Source of the DNA: Eledone cirrhosa
Lineage: Eukaryota
DNA: 64,000 nucleotides
Direction: 5' to 3'
NCBI GenBank assembly: GCA_964016885.1
Contig: OZ024741.1
Location: 4,464,001 to 4,528,000 of the forward strand
Positions 30,948 through 42,506 of the stretch are shown here, in pieces. A program made the translations under genes and the position numbers. The number at the start of each line of letters is the position of its first letter. The first letter of the stretch is position 1. The notes below the pieces were generated by a model. That model was not told the DNA's origin. It was given only the letters and a program-made list of their open reading frames with translations, and ran no database searches.

Positions 30948-33187
30948 TAGGAGGGAAGCAGAGGATAGAAAATTCAAGCATGTTTTACAACGTGAGGACC
31001 AGAAACAGGAGGTATTCAAGATTGCGAGGCAGTGTGTCAGAGATAGTTGTGATGTCATTGGAGAGAAGTGTATCCGGAATGATAAAGGTGAGCTTGCCCT
31101 CACAAGTGCTGAGAAGAAAGATGCATGGAAGAGTCATTATGATAGATTACTAAATGAGGAGAATGCATGGGAAGAAGAGACCCTACCCCACGTAGACCCT
31201 ATAGAGGGACCAGCAGTACAAGTCAGCGGCAGCGTAGTAAGTAAGGCAATCAGAGATATGAAGATAGGGAAGGCAACCGGTCCATCGGGTATAGCTGCCG
31301 AGATGCTGAAGGCATCTGGGTCTGTAGGTCACACTATAACCACACGTATCGTTAACCAGGTAATACTAGAGGGGGCCATACCAAAAGATTGGTGCAGTAG
31401 CATCATTGTCAACTGCTACAAAGGTAAAGGCGATGCACTAGATAGAGGAAACTATAGAGGTATAAAGTTGATGGACCAGGTCATGAAAGTAACAGAAAGA
31501 GTTATAGCACAGCTGATTAGGGACCGGGTGAATATAGACGAGATGCAATTTGGGTTTGTACCAGGGAAAGGCACCACTGATGCGCTCTTCCTTGTGAGGC
31601 AATTACAGGAAAAGTACCTAGCTAAAAGTAAGCCACTCTACTTGGCATTTGTCGACCTTGAGAAAGCCTTTGACAGAGTTCCACATGCAGTAATCTGGTG
31701 GGCTCTTAGAAAACTAGGAGTAGATGAATGGCTTGTGAAAGCGGTACAAGCCATGTATAGGGGAGCAGTCAGCAAAGTTAGGATTGGCAATGAGTATAGC
31801 GAGGAATTTAGCGTACAGGTTGGGGTCCACCAGGGCTCTGTTCTTAGCCCTCTCCTGTTCATCATAGTCCTGCAGGCAATAACGGAGGAGTTTAAGACCG
31901 GATGCCCATGGGAACTCCTGTATGCTGATGACCTCGCACTCATAGCTGAATCTATGGTAGAACTAGAGAATAAATTCCAAACCTGGAAGCAGGGACTAGA
32001 GAGAAAGGGCCTCAAAGTCAACATGACAAAGACTAAGGTCCTTATAAGTAGACGAGAAAACAGAACCCAGATCCCCTCAGGGAAATGGCCTTGCTCAGTA
32101 TGTAGGAAAGGTGTAGGTAGGAACTCCATTCTTTGCCCCAAATGCAAACAATGGGTACACAAGAGATGTAGCGGGATCTCAGGAAGCTTAATTAAGAATG
32201 TAGGATTCACATGCAGCAGCTGTGCTGAAACAGCAAGCAAACAGCCACAGGAAACAACTACCACCAATCTCTGGGAGGGCCCTGTAGAAACAGTAGACAG
32301 CTTCTGCTACCTAGGTGACCGAATTAGCAACGGAGGTGGGTGCTCAGAAAGTACAATAACTAGGGTAAGAACGGGATGGAAGAAGTTTAGGGAACTACTA
32401 CCACTGCTAGCTGCAAAAGGCTTCTCCCTCAGAATGAAAGGCAGACTGTATGATGCGTGTATCCGAACAGCGATGTTGCATGGTAGTGAGACCTGGGCGC
32501 TGAAGGTGGAAGACTTACGTAGATTAGAGAGAAACGAAGCCTGCATGCTCCGATGGATGTGTAACAGTAATATACGTGAACGACAAAGCATAAATGAATT
32601 GAGAGAGAGACTGAGCATAAGAGGAATCAAATGCTGCGTGCAGGAGAGGCGGTTACGCTGGTATGGACATGTGATGCGTATGAAGGATGACAGCTGCATA
32701 AAAAGGTGCAGAGCACTAGAAGTTGATGGAAACCGCGGAGTGGGGAGACCCAAGATGACTTGGGATGAGGTGATAAAAGCCGACCTTACCCAACTACACC
32801 TCTCAAAGTCAATGACACACGACCGTGACTTCTGGCGTCACGCAGTAATACAGGGTACCCGACCTCCCATGGGTACATGCTGAAGCATATAAACAATATG
32901 CCCCCCCCCCACCGCAAGGTGGTCGTGGAGGTGCCACGGCAAAAAAGCACCCAGCCCACACTGTAAAGTGGACGTGTAGGCGCCACGAAAAAGCACCCAG
33001 CACTCACTGTAAATGAGGTTGGTGTTAGGAAGGGCATCCAGCTGTAGAAATCAAGCCAGATCAGTTCCTGTATGAGCAAGGCATGGTCAGCCGACCAGAC
33101 ACTGCCCACAACAGGACAACCCGTCTAACCCATGCTAGCGTGGAAGAACGGACGTAAAACGGTGATGATGATGATGATGATGATGAT
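30948..33187 (+). mobile_element. RTE family B 5'-truncated copy (open RT frame ~30949-32883)
   Basis: [10 protein letters not shown]...YRGIKL...LYADD...QGTRPPMGTC*, 3'UTR and (GAT)n tail. Confidence 0.95.
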
Positions 33188-33270
33188 ATATATATATATA
33201 TTTATATATATATTTATATATATATATATATATTTATATATTTATATATATATATTTATATATATATATT

Positions 33271-33307
<37 letters not shown>

Positions 33308-33665
33308 TTCATCATCATCATCATCATCATCAACGTTTAACGTCCGTGTTCCACGCTTGCATGGGTTTGGACGGGGGTAGTCCCACTTGAGGCAAGAGTG
33401 ATTGTCTTGCTCGCATAGGACTGTCTGGCAGGTTTTCTACAGTTGGATGCCCTTCCTAACACCAACCACATTTACAGTGTGGGTCTGGGAGGTTTTTACC
33501 GTGTTGCCTACACGGCCACATTACAGCGTGGACTGTGTGTTTTTTTGTCGTGACACCTACACGATCTCATTTGTTTCGGCCTGGATGGCGCGGCACCAAC
33601 ATAACTTTACATAGAACGGGGTGGTGTGGATGGGGTGGGGGTGGCGGCGGGAGGGGTGTATTTTG

Positions 33666-36600
33666 TTAGAGATGCCTACTGGCAAGGCGGGTCTTCTCTG
33701 TTACTGAGTACCGCCAAAGGTCACGGTCCAGTGACATTGTCTTGGAGAGGTGTAAGTGTGTGAGGTCGGAGTTTATCAGCTCATCCCATGTTTTTCTAGG
33801 TCTGCCTATTCCGTGGCTACCGTCTATCTTTATTGCCCTGCACTTTGTAATACAGCTATCGACTTTCATGCGCATCACGTGTCCATACCAACGCAGCCTT
33901 CTCTCGAGTAAACAACATCTGATCCCTCTTATCTCTAATTTTTTCCTTAGTTCGTTTATGCTTTGCCGTTCACGTATATTACTGTTACACATCCAGCGGA
34001 GCATGCAAGCTTCGTTCCTCTCTAGTCTGCGTATATCCTCTGCACACAATGCCCAGGTCTCACTACCATGCAACATTGCTGTTCGTATGCAGGCATCGTA
34101 CAACCTGCCTTTCATTTTTAGGGAGAACCCTTTAGCAGCTAATAGTGGTATAAGCTCTCTGAACTTTTTCCAACCAGTTCTGACTCTAGCTACAGTACTT
34201 TCAGAGCACCCTCCCCCACTGCTGATTTTATCGCCCAGGTAACGGAAGCTGTCCACTATTTCTATAAAACCCTCTGCGCAATTGAAAGAGCTAGTATTTT
34301 GTGGGCACTTGCTGCTACTTATTGCACCAGAACACCGGCCACATGTAAAGTCTATGTTCTTAGTTAGCTTACCTGTGATCCCACTACATCTTTTATGCAC
34401 CCATACTTTGCATTTAGGACATAAGATGGAGTTTCTACCTACGCCTTTCCTACATACCGAGCACGACCATTTCCCAGAAGGGACCGCCGCCTTGTTTTCT
34501 TTCCTACAAACTAGAACTTTGGTCTTAGCCAGGTTAATTTTAAGTCCTTTTGACTCTAGGCCGTGCTTCCATGTTTGGAATTTCTTCTCTAGCTCGGCCA
34601 TTGATTCCGCTATGAGTGTCAGGTCGTCTGCGTATAGGAGTTCCCATGGGCAGCCTGTCTTGAACTCCTCTGTTATAGCCTGAAGGGCAATAATAAATAG
34701 TAGGGGGCTGAGAACAGAGCCCTGATGGACGCCAACTTTTACGCTAAACTCTTCACTATATTCGTTGTTAATTCTAACCTTGCTGACTGTTTCTTTATAC
34801 ATGGCTTGTATAGCCCTCACAAGCCATTCGTCAACGCCTAGTTTTCTAAGAGCCCACCAGATAATGGAGCGGGGGACTCTGTCGAAGGCTTTCTCCAGGT
34901 CGACAAAAGCTAAGTAGAGGGGTTTACCTTTAGCTAGGTACTTCTCCTGTAGTTGTCGTACTATGAAAAGAGCGTCTGTGGTGCTTTTGCCTGACACAAA
35001 CCCGAACTGCATTTCATCTAGATCAATTCTCTCTCTGATTAGTTGCGCTATTACTTTTTCCGTGACCTTCATGACCTGGTCGATTAATTTAATGCCTCTA
35101 TAGTTACTCCTATCTAGGGCGTCTCCTTTACCCTTATAACAGTTAACGATGATGCTGCTATGCCAGTCCTTCGGAACAACCCCATTCTGTACGACTTGGT
35201 TAACTATGCGGGTGACCATGGTGTGTCCCACCGTGCCAGATGCCTTCAGCATCTCAGCAACTATTTCCGAAGGCCCAGCCGCCTTACCAGTCTTCATATC
35301 CTTGATTGCCTTACTTATTATACTCCCCTCGACTAACACTGCTGGTCCCTCTATCGGGTCGATATGGGGGAGACTGTCTTTCTCCCATTTATTCTCCTCA
35401 TTTAGTAGCCTTTCATAGTGACACTTCCAAGCTACCTTCTTATCAGTGTCGGTGATGGCAAGTATGCCATCATCGTTAAGTACACACTTCTCCCCGACAA
35501 TATCACGGTTTTCCTTGACGCATTGCCTGGCAATCCTGAACACCTCACGTTTTTGGTCATCGCGTTGTAGAACATGCTTGAACTTTCTTTCCTCAGCTTC
35601 CCTTCTTGCTAAGTACACTTCTCTCCTAGCTTCCCTCCTGGCCACTTGATAGTCTACTCTACTTCCCCCATCCCGCCATACTTTCCAAGCCTGCTTTTTG
35701 GCCTTAATTGACCCCTCCACCTTACTGTTCCACCACCATGTTACTCTCCTCCTGCCTACAGGCCTGCTCCAGCCACAGACTTCGTCTGTCGCCAACAGCA
35801 GGTTAGCTTTCAGAAATTTCCACTGTCCCTCTATATTGTCCGATTCTAGATGCTCTTCCTTACTGTCGAAAGCATCAAGTAATATGCTTTGAAATTTATT
35901 TCTGGCTGTGGGGTCTTTTAGTTTCCATATTTTCCTCCTGAGGATAGTCCTCTTCTGCTGTCGGGTGCGTCTCGTCCTGACTATGAGGTCGCTAATTATC
36001 AGTCTATGTTGGGAGGTGCATTCTTCATGGGGGAGGGATTTAGTGTTTACAACAGACACTCTGTCACGTCTTCTGGTAAGGATATAATCTACCTGGCTTG
36101 TGTGTTCCCCGGATCTATAGGTAATCAGGTGATTGTCACGTTTTTTGAAGTTAGTGTTACAGATAGTTAGGTTATTTGCATCACAGTATTCCAGAATTCT
36201 GGAGCCTTCCTCATTTCTAGTACCAAACCCATAGCCTCCATGGATTTCGTCATAGCCGTCACAATGTTGTCCAACGTGACCATTTAGGTCGCCTGCAATA
36301 ATTATATAGTCACTGTCAGATATTTGGGAGGTAGTTAGCAACAGTGTCTCATAGAATCTGTCTTTTATAGTGCCGGGCAGTCCGGATTGGGGTGCGTACG
36401 CAGATATTACTGTCACCGTAGTTCTATTGAGGACAAGTCTTATTTTAATTATTCTGTCGTTCACTCTATTTACGTCTATTATCTTATCTGCCCACTTTTC
36501 TGCTACCATGATTCCTACTCCACCCAGCCCATCGTCGTTTCCCACCCAGAAAAGCTTATAACATCGTTTTTTACCCTCAATGAATCTAGCAGACCCACCC

Positions 36601-36953
36601 CTCCACCTGGTCTCTTGAATACAACAAACATCGACCTCCTTACGTTCAAGCATTTCTACAACCTCGTTAGCGCGACCCTTTAGGGTGCCTACATTTATGG
36701 TACCAACTCTGAAGTTTTGGGTTGCGTTTGGAGGGTGGGGGTGGTGGGGGGCGGGAGGAGATAGGGTTATGTTAGCCATCCGCGGACGAAACAAAGAGGA
36801 GTGCTCGCATTCTCGTCCACGAGGTGAATTTGACTTTAACTTTGGCATTTTCGCTCTGGGCGTCCAGATTTTTCTCTCCCTTCCACTCTCCAAGGATTCC
36901 GCAGTCCGTCCGTCCATCCATCCATCCATCATATATCGAAGGCAACCGGGCAA
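33666..36953 (-). CDS. RTE polyprotein: APE endonuclease + reverse transcriptase + PHD-like C4HC3 finger (true start probably a downstream ATG)
   Basis: GTINVG, CIQET, AYAPQ, GDLNGH, VDYIL, SQHRL; WWWN; YRGIKL, QFGF, DLEKAFD, QGSVLSP, YADD; CSVC-CPKC-HKRC-CGRC. Uninterrupted 1095-aa frame. Confidence 0.95.
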   Translation of the reverse strand: MPGCLRYMMDGWMDGRTAESLESGRERKIWTPRAKMPKLKSNSPRGRECEHSSLFRPRMANITLSPPAPHHPHPPNATQNFRVGTINVGTLKGRANEVVEMLERKEVDVCCIQETRWRGGSARFIEGKKRCYKLFWVGNDDGLGGVGIMVAEKWADKIIDVNRVNDRIIKIRLVLNRTTVTVISAYAPQSGLPGTIKDRFYETLLLTTSQISDSDYIIIAGDLNGHVGQHCDGYDEIHGGYGFGTRNEEGSRILEYCDANNLTICNTNFKKRDNHLITYRSGEHTSQVDYILTRRRDRVSVVNTKSLPHEECTSQHRLIISDLIVRTRRTRQQKRTILRRKIWKLKDPTARNKFQSILLDAFDSKEEHLESDNIEGQWKFLKANLLLATDEVCGWSRPVGRRRVTWWWNSKVEGSIKAKKQAWKVWRDGGSRVDYQVARREARREVYLARREAEERKFKHVLQRDDQKREVFRIARQCVKENRDIVGEKCVLNDDGILAITDTDKKVAWKCHYERLLNEENKWEKDSLPHIDPIEGPAVLVEGSIISKAIKDMKTGKAAGPSEIVAEMLKASGTVGHTMVTRIVNQVVQNGVVPKDWHSSIIVNCYKGKGDALDRSNYRGIKLIDQVMKVTEKVIAQLIRERIDLDEMQFGFVSGKSTTDALFIVRQLQEKYLAKGKPLYLAFVDLEKAFDRVPRSIIWWALRKLGVDEWLVRAIQAMYKETVSKVRINNEYSEEFSVKVGVHQGSVLSPLLFIIALQAITEEFKTGCPWELLYADDLTLIAESMAELEKKFQTWKHGLESKGLKINLAKTKVLVCRKENKAAVPSGKWSCSVCRKGVGRNSILCPKCKVWVHKRCSGITGKLTKNIDFTCGRCSGAISSSKCPQNTSSFNCAEGFIEIVDSFRYLGDKISSGGGCSESTVARVRTGWKKFRELIPLLAAKGFSLKMKGRLYDACIRTAMLHGSETWALCAEDIRRLERNEACMLRWMCNSNIRERQSINELRKKLEIRGIRCCLLERRLRWYGHVMRMKVDSCITKCRAIKIDGSHGIGRPRKTWDELINSDLTHLHLSKTMSLDRDLWRYSVTEKTRLASRHL

Positions 36954-37186
36954 GCGATAGTATAGGCCTCTGGCTTATGATTTGGTCCGCGTAATAATAA
37001 TAATGGTGATGCGTGGGGGTGGGGGTGGGTGGCTCTGGCTTATAATAATGGTGGTGATGCGGGGGGGGGGGGGGGCTCTGGCTTATGATTGGTCCACGTA
37101 TTAAGTATGGTGGCGTGTGGGGGCGGGAGGGAGGGGTGTGGGGTGGCGTGTGGGGGCGGGAGGGAGGGGTGTGGGGTAGCTAGCTG

Positions 37187-38456
37187 GAAGGTTATGAATG
37201 TTTAACAAGCGATTTAACAAAAAGCAAAACTGCAAGATTTGTTCTGTTCAATACGACAAAAACACCGTATTTAAACCTTAAATAGATAACAAAAAAATAC
37301 AGATTTCGGATTTTGCGAGATTGGATGTTTGTTTGGACTGTGTACGGAATTGAGCGTGGAAATGGAGAGAAGGATTGTACTTTACGATTTACATGAGTCC
37401 ATCATAGAAATAATTGAAGCAAAGTGGATAAACATGAAGGAGAACTTATCTTATATATATATGTGTGTGTGTGTGTGTGTAGCTAAGCGAGAGATAGAGG
37501 GGAAGAAAGAGAGGGGGGGGGGGGGAGATAGTGGCTGACCGCAGCCCCCTCGTGGAGAAGCAGGAGGGTGAAGGGGTGGATCGGCTTTTTGACTTTCAAG
37601 TAGCATACTATATATATTTAAAGTAATTTATAAGTAGAATGGGGAGGATTTTGTTTTTTTTTTTTGTTTGAGAATACGATAGAATTAAGGAATTGGACGA
37701 ATACGATAGAATTAAGATAGAAGGTTATGAATGTTTAACAAGCGATTTAACAAAAAGCAAAACTGCAAGATTTGTTCTGTTCAATACGACAAAAACACCG
37801 TATTTAAACCTTAAATAGATAACAAAAAAATACAGATTTCGGATTTTGCGAGATTGGATGTTTGTTTGGACTGTGTACGGAATTGAGCGTGGAAATGGAG
37901 AGAAGGATTGTACTTTACGATTTACATGAGTCCATCATAGAAATAATTGAAGCAAAGTGGATAAACATGAAGGAGAACTTATCTTATATATATATGTGTG
38001 TGTGTGTGTGTGTAGCTAAGCGAGAGATAGAGGGGAAGAAAGAGAGGGGGGGGGGGAGATAGTGGCTGACCGCAGCCCCCTCGTGGAGAAGCAGGAGGGT
38101 GAAGGGGTGGATCGGCTTTTTGACTTTCAAGTAGCATACTATATATATTTAAAGTAATTTATAAGTAGAATGGGGAGGATTTTGTTTTTTTTTTGTTTGA
38201 GAATACGATAGAATTAAGGAATTGGACGAATACGATAGAATTAAGATAGAAGGTTATGAATGTTTAACAAGCGATTTAACAAAAAGCAAAACTGCAAGAT
38301 TTGTTCTGTTCAATACGACAAAAACACCGTATTTAAACCTTAAATAGATAACAAAAAAATACAGATTTCGGATTTTGCGAGATTGGATGTTTGTTTGGAC
38401 TGTGTACGGAATTGAGCGTGGAAATGGAGAGAAGGATTGTACTTTACGATTTACAT
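37187..38456. repeat. Tandem repeat, unit ~530 bp (starts at 37187, 37720, 38249)
   Basis: GAAGGTTATGAATG recurs, and near-identical ORF-track peptides start at 37329, 37862 and 38391. Confidence 0.95.
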
Positions 38457-38479
38457 ATATATATATTTATATATATATT

Positions 38480-38514
<35 letters not shown>

Positions 38515-38517
38515 ATT

Positions 38518-38574
<57 letters not shown>

Positions 38575-38628
38575 ATATTTATATATATTTATATATAATA
38601 TATTTATATATATATTTATATATATATA

Positions 38629-39060
38629 TGTTCCACGCTTGCATGGGTTTGGACGGGAGTTTTCCCACTTGAGGCAAGAGTGATTGTCTTGCTCGCATAG
38701 GAGTGTCTGGCGGGTTCTCTACAGCTGGATGCCCTACCTAACACCAACCACATTTACAGTGTGGGACTGGGAAGTTTTTACCGTGTTGCCTATATGGCCA
38801 CATTACAGCGTGGACTGTGTGTTTTTTTGTCGTGACACCTACACGATCTCATTTGTTTCGGCCTGGATGTTGTGGCACCAACGTAACTTTACATTGAAAG
38901 GGGCGGTGTGGATAGGGTGGGGGTAGTGGGACGGGGTGTATTTTGTTAGAGGTGCCTACTGACTGTAGTAGGTTTTACTTTGTATTTAGGTAAGGCGGGT
39001 CTTCTCTATTACTGAGTACCGCCAAAGATCTCGGTCCAGTGACATTGTCTTGGGGAGGTG

Positions 39061-39062
<2 letters not shown>
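38629..39062 (-). mobile_element. RTE family A 3' fragment (more diverged, tail lost)
   Basis: 3'UTR and ORF end of the CAAAGTAAAACCTACTACAGTCAG subtype. Confidence 0.9.
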
Positions 39063-39091
<29 letters not shown>

Positions 39092-39132
39092 CGATATTAA
39101 ATAAATGGAAACTATATTTATAAAACCATATT

Positions 39133-39198
39133 TATTTCATTATATATATTTCAGGGATATCATATTAACAATATGTTATGCCTTCTTCAGACAAAATA
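39133..39198 (-). ncRNA. Type I hammerhead (inverted copy)
   Basis: Reverse complement of 40080-40145. Confidence 0.75.
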
Positions 39199-39739
39199 CA
39201 ATATAGACAGTTTTATAAATAAATAGATTTGACATACCGTTTTGTTTTTGTTTCTGATATTTTTATTAATATATTGAAATCTGTTCTCTATTTCTGCTTG
39301 ATAGATAATCATGTAGAGTAAAGACAAGAATAGTATTGTTAAAATTAATATAGACTCTATATATATGTGTATATATACACATATATGTATACTTAAATTT
39401 TTATAGCACAATGAGAATGTTCTCCGTGTGAAATAGGAGTTTGCAGGGTTGATCACGTAAATTCACATCGATGTTTGTAGTTATCATATAAACATATGAA
39501 TTTTTACAACTAGACATAAGATCATTACTTTTCACACATTATAGATACGTGTCTCATTCATGAATACTGATATTTACATTATAGTGCCTGTTTTTTATAC
39601 GAACTAATATTTCTACATTGAAACATAGGGTTTTAAAATTCTGCCTCGCCTATGTCTGGTTACTTTTCATTTTTTCTCTCTATATAACGGCTGGTTTCTC
39701 TCCTAACCACATATATCTCCCTTACATTAATACTAGAGC

Positions 39740-39770
<31 letters not shown>

Positions 39771-40079
39771 ATGTATCATTGATACGTCATTCAACGGATG
39801 TTCAACTACCTACTTTTCTCTATATATATCTATCTCTATCTATTTCCTCTCTCTATATATCTCTCTCTGTTTCTTTACATGAAGTTCTTCTCTTTATCTA
39901 TCTTTCCATCTCTCTATTTAGTTGCATGCATTTCTTCTTTTTCTTCGTTTTCTTTCTTTCTTTCCTTCTTTCTTTCTTTCTTTCTGTTTACAATTTTTCA
40001 CTGCCAAATCAACTTTTCAAATACAAGTCGATGTTGAACGGTATGTCAAATCTATTTATTTATAAAACTGTCTATATTG

Positions 40080-40145
40080 TATTTTGTCTGAAGAAGGCAT
40101 AACATATTGTTAATATGATATCCCTGAAATATATATAATGAAATA
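40080..40145 (+). ncRNA. Type I hammerhead (TATATA stem III family)
   Basis: TATTTTGT-CTGAAGA-AGG..CATATT-gtt-AATATG..CCT-GAAA-TATATA-TA-ATGAAATA. Stem I is 8 bp with 2 G.U pairs. Confidence 0.78.
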
Positions 40146-40274
40146 AATATGGTTTTATAAATATAGTTTCCATTTATTTAATATCGTAAATATACTCCAA
40201 ATACTTGTTGAGTGCTTTTATATCAGTTATAAATATTTACTAGTTGTAACCCAACAATTTAAATATAACTTTCC

Positions 40275-40309
<35 letters not shown>

Positions 40310-40311
40310 AA

Positions 40312-40465
40312 GTCTCTATCATCTCATTTCTACAGCTGAGTAAACTGGAGCAATGTGAAATAAAGTATCTTGCTTAAGGAAACAACACATCACCTGGTCT
40401 GAGAATTGATCTCACAACATTTCGATTGCAAGGCCAATGTTGTAACCACTAAGCCATGTGCCTCC
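40312..40465 (-). mobile_element. SINE head + core fragment
   Basis: Homologous to 20415-20568 on the opposite strand. Confidence 0.85.
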
Positions 40466-40494
40466 ATATATATATAAATATATGTATATTTGTA

Positions 40495-40548
<54 letters not shown>

Positions 40549-40772
40549 CGGTATTTCGGATATGTTTCTCTAGTTTTTTGGATTGCAAGGGTGTAGTTTG
40601 GTTATGTTGAAGGTCCGAGAAACATATCCGGACTACCGTATATAACAAGTATGATATCGAAATTCCAGGTCCTATCAATAATGCTCCATTAATAAAACTC
40701 ACAATATCCTCTACAAATGAAACAAAAAGCAATAATTCAAAAACTAATACAATTCAAAAATCTACTAAATAA

Positions 40773-41900
40773 TTAGTTCACACCCATAATAACAATCACA
40801 ATGTTATAATTTCATCTGATAACAATATCTACCCTCATACTTCTATACATACCCAATATAAAAAGAGGAAACCTTTTAGAAACCATAAAAGAAATGTAAC
40901 ATGGTATAACGCTCCATTCAAATTGCAAACCATGGGCCAAATCCTCAAAAGATTTTTTACAATTCTCGATAAGCATTTCCCACCTAACCACAAATACCAT
41001 CAAATCTTAAACAGAAATACAGTAAAATTTTCTTACTCCACATCGAGCAATATACAACAAAAAATAAGTGCATATAACATCTATAAATGTAAAAAAGCTC
41101 CATCTATACCACACACAATAGCACACCGCACACAAGATAACTATAGTAATACTACAACGCATGACCAGAATATTACTGCATACCAACCCGATAGATCCGC
41201 TCACTCACCTCACCAGCACAATATAGCAGACTACAACCAACTACCATCTTCCTCATCCTTAATAGGGACTAAGATTTACTTACCCAATCTAACTAATAGC
41301 CGCCAAAACAACCATGATTCCATAAACACTATATCAATTATAATTTCACCTACTAGCAACAATTCGGATTACAACCACCCTACCATAAACCCTTCTCTCC
41401 CAAATAAAAAGGTAAACACAAATACTAGCACTATTATTGAGAATATGGATAGCACATCTGAAACCCTATATGCAAACGGTTGTAATTGTAGAATAAAAGA
41501 TAATTGCCCCTTAAATGGAAATTGCTTAATTAATAATATAGTATATAAATGTGTAATCACCACTAAAGACTCTAATCAATCCTATATTGGATCCACTTCT
41601 AATCCATTTAAATCGAGATTTTATGCACACACCCACAGTTTCCGAAACACAAAATTAGCAAATACCACTTTTTTAGCAGAAGCAGTTAATAATTGTAAAA
41701 AGAACAATATTAAATATAACCTAACTTGGAAGATTCTTAAGAGAGCAATTTCTTATGAGGGCAATAGAAGGGAGTGCGGACTATGTTCCCAAGAAATTTT
41801 TGAAATTACTAAATCAAAGGGCACTCTATTAAATAAAAGACAAGAATTAATTTTAGTATGTAACCATAAAATTAGGACATTCAAATATTATAAATACAAC
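40773..41900 (+). pseudogene. PLE GIY-YIG endonuclease region (track ORF 40923-41954 reads into an insertion)
   Basis: RNVTWYNAPF, FPPNHKYHQILNRNTVKFSYS, CNCRIKDNCPLNGNCL, IVYKC, SYIGST, CGLCSQE, LLNKRQEL, CNH. The natural end FKYYKYN* is restored by removing 41902-42201. Confidence 0.85.
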
Positions 41901-41901
41901 T

Positions 41902-42195
41902 TTTGCCTGACACAAACCCGAACTGCATTTCATCTAGATCAATTCTCTCTCTGATTAGTTGCGCTATTACTTTTTCCGTGACCTTCATGACCTGGTCGAT
42001 TAATTTAATGCCTCTATAGTTACTCCTATCTAGGGCATCTCCTTTTCCCTTATAGCAGTTAACGATGATGCTGCCCGCCAGATAGTCCTATGCGAGCAAG
42101 ACAACCACTCTTGCCTCAAGTGGGAAAACCCCCGTCCAAACCTATGCAAGCGTGGAACACGGACGCTAAACCTGATGATGATGATGATGATGATG
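41902..42195 (+). mobile_element. RTE family A mini-insertion: inverted internal piece plus 3' end, TSD ACAACT
   Basis: 41901-42074 matches ~34985-35157, and 42075-42195 is the 3' end with (GAT)n. ACAACT at 41896-41901 and 42196-42201. Confidence 0.85.
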
Positions 42196-42506
42196 ACAAC
42201 TAAACAAATATAGAAAAAGATATAGGTGAATAAATGTGTGAGTATAGGTATATGTGTGAATATGTATATCTGTGTGTGTATATGTATGTATATGCATAAA
42301 TGTATACCTATATATAAACGTGTGAGTATACATGTGTATATATTTTTTATATTATATATTTTTAGAACAAATTATTCCTCACAACAAAGAAATAACTAAC
42401 TTTTTAAGATTGTTCTATTCCATTCTACTTGATGTAACACACTAATCTCAGTACCCCTTCTCCTCCAACCGTAATCTTCTTTGACCATCAACACTTTTAT
42501 ATACAA

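Larger units (their letters stand above)
33309..38456 (-). mobile_element. RTE LINE family A, full-length, with tandem ~530-bp 5' monomers
   Basis: Tail at 33309-33331, intact ORF, C-rich leader, and 2.4 monomers at 37187-38456 ending in (TA)n. Confidence 0.93.
39091..40274 (+). mobile_element. Non-coding 3' portion of the Naiad-like PLE family of 14237-16463, with an inverted 5' pLTR
   Basis: 39091-39241 is the reverse complement of 40037-40187. The interior is homologous to 14390-15120 in opposite orientation. Tail at 40188-40274. Confidence 0.85.

Noticed and set aside
37505-37575. HDV-like ribozyme in the RTE-A 5' monomer
   Set aside because: A TCCACG loop-like word and a hairpin are present on the sense strand, but I could not build the nested double pseudoknot (P1, P1.1, P2, P4).
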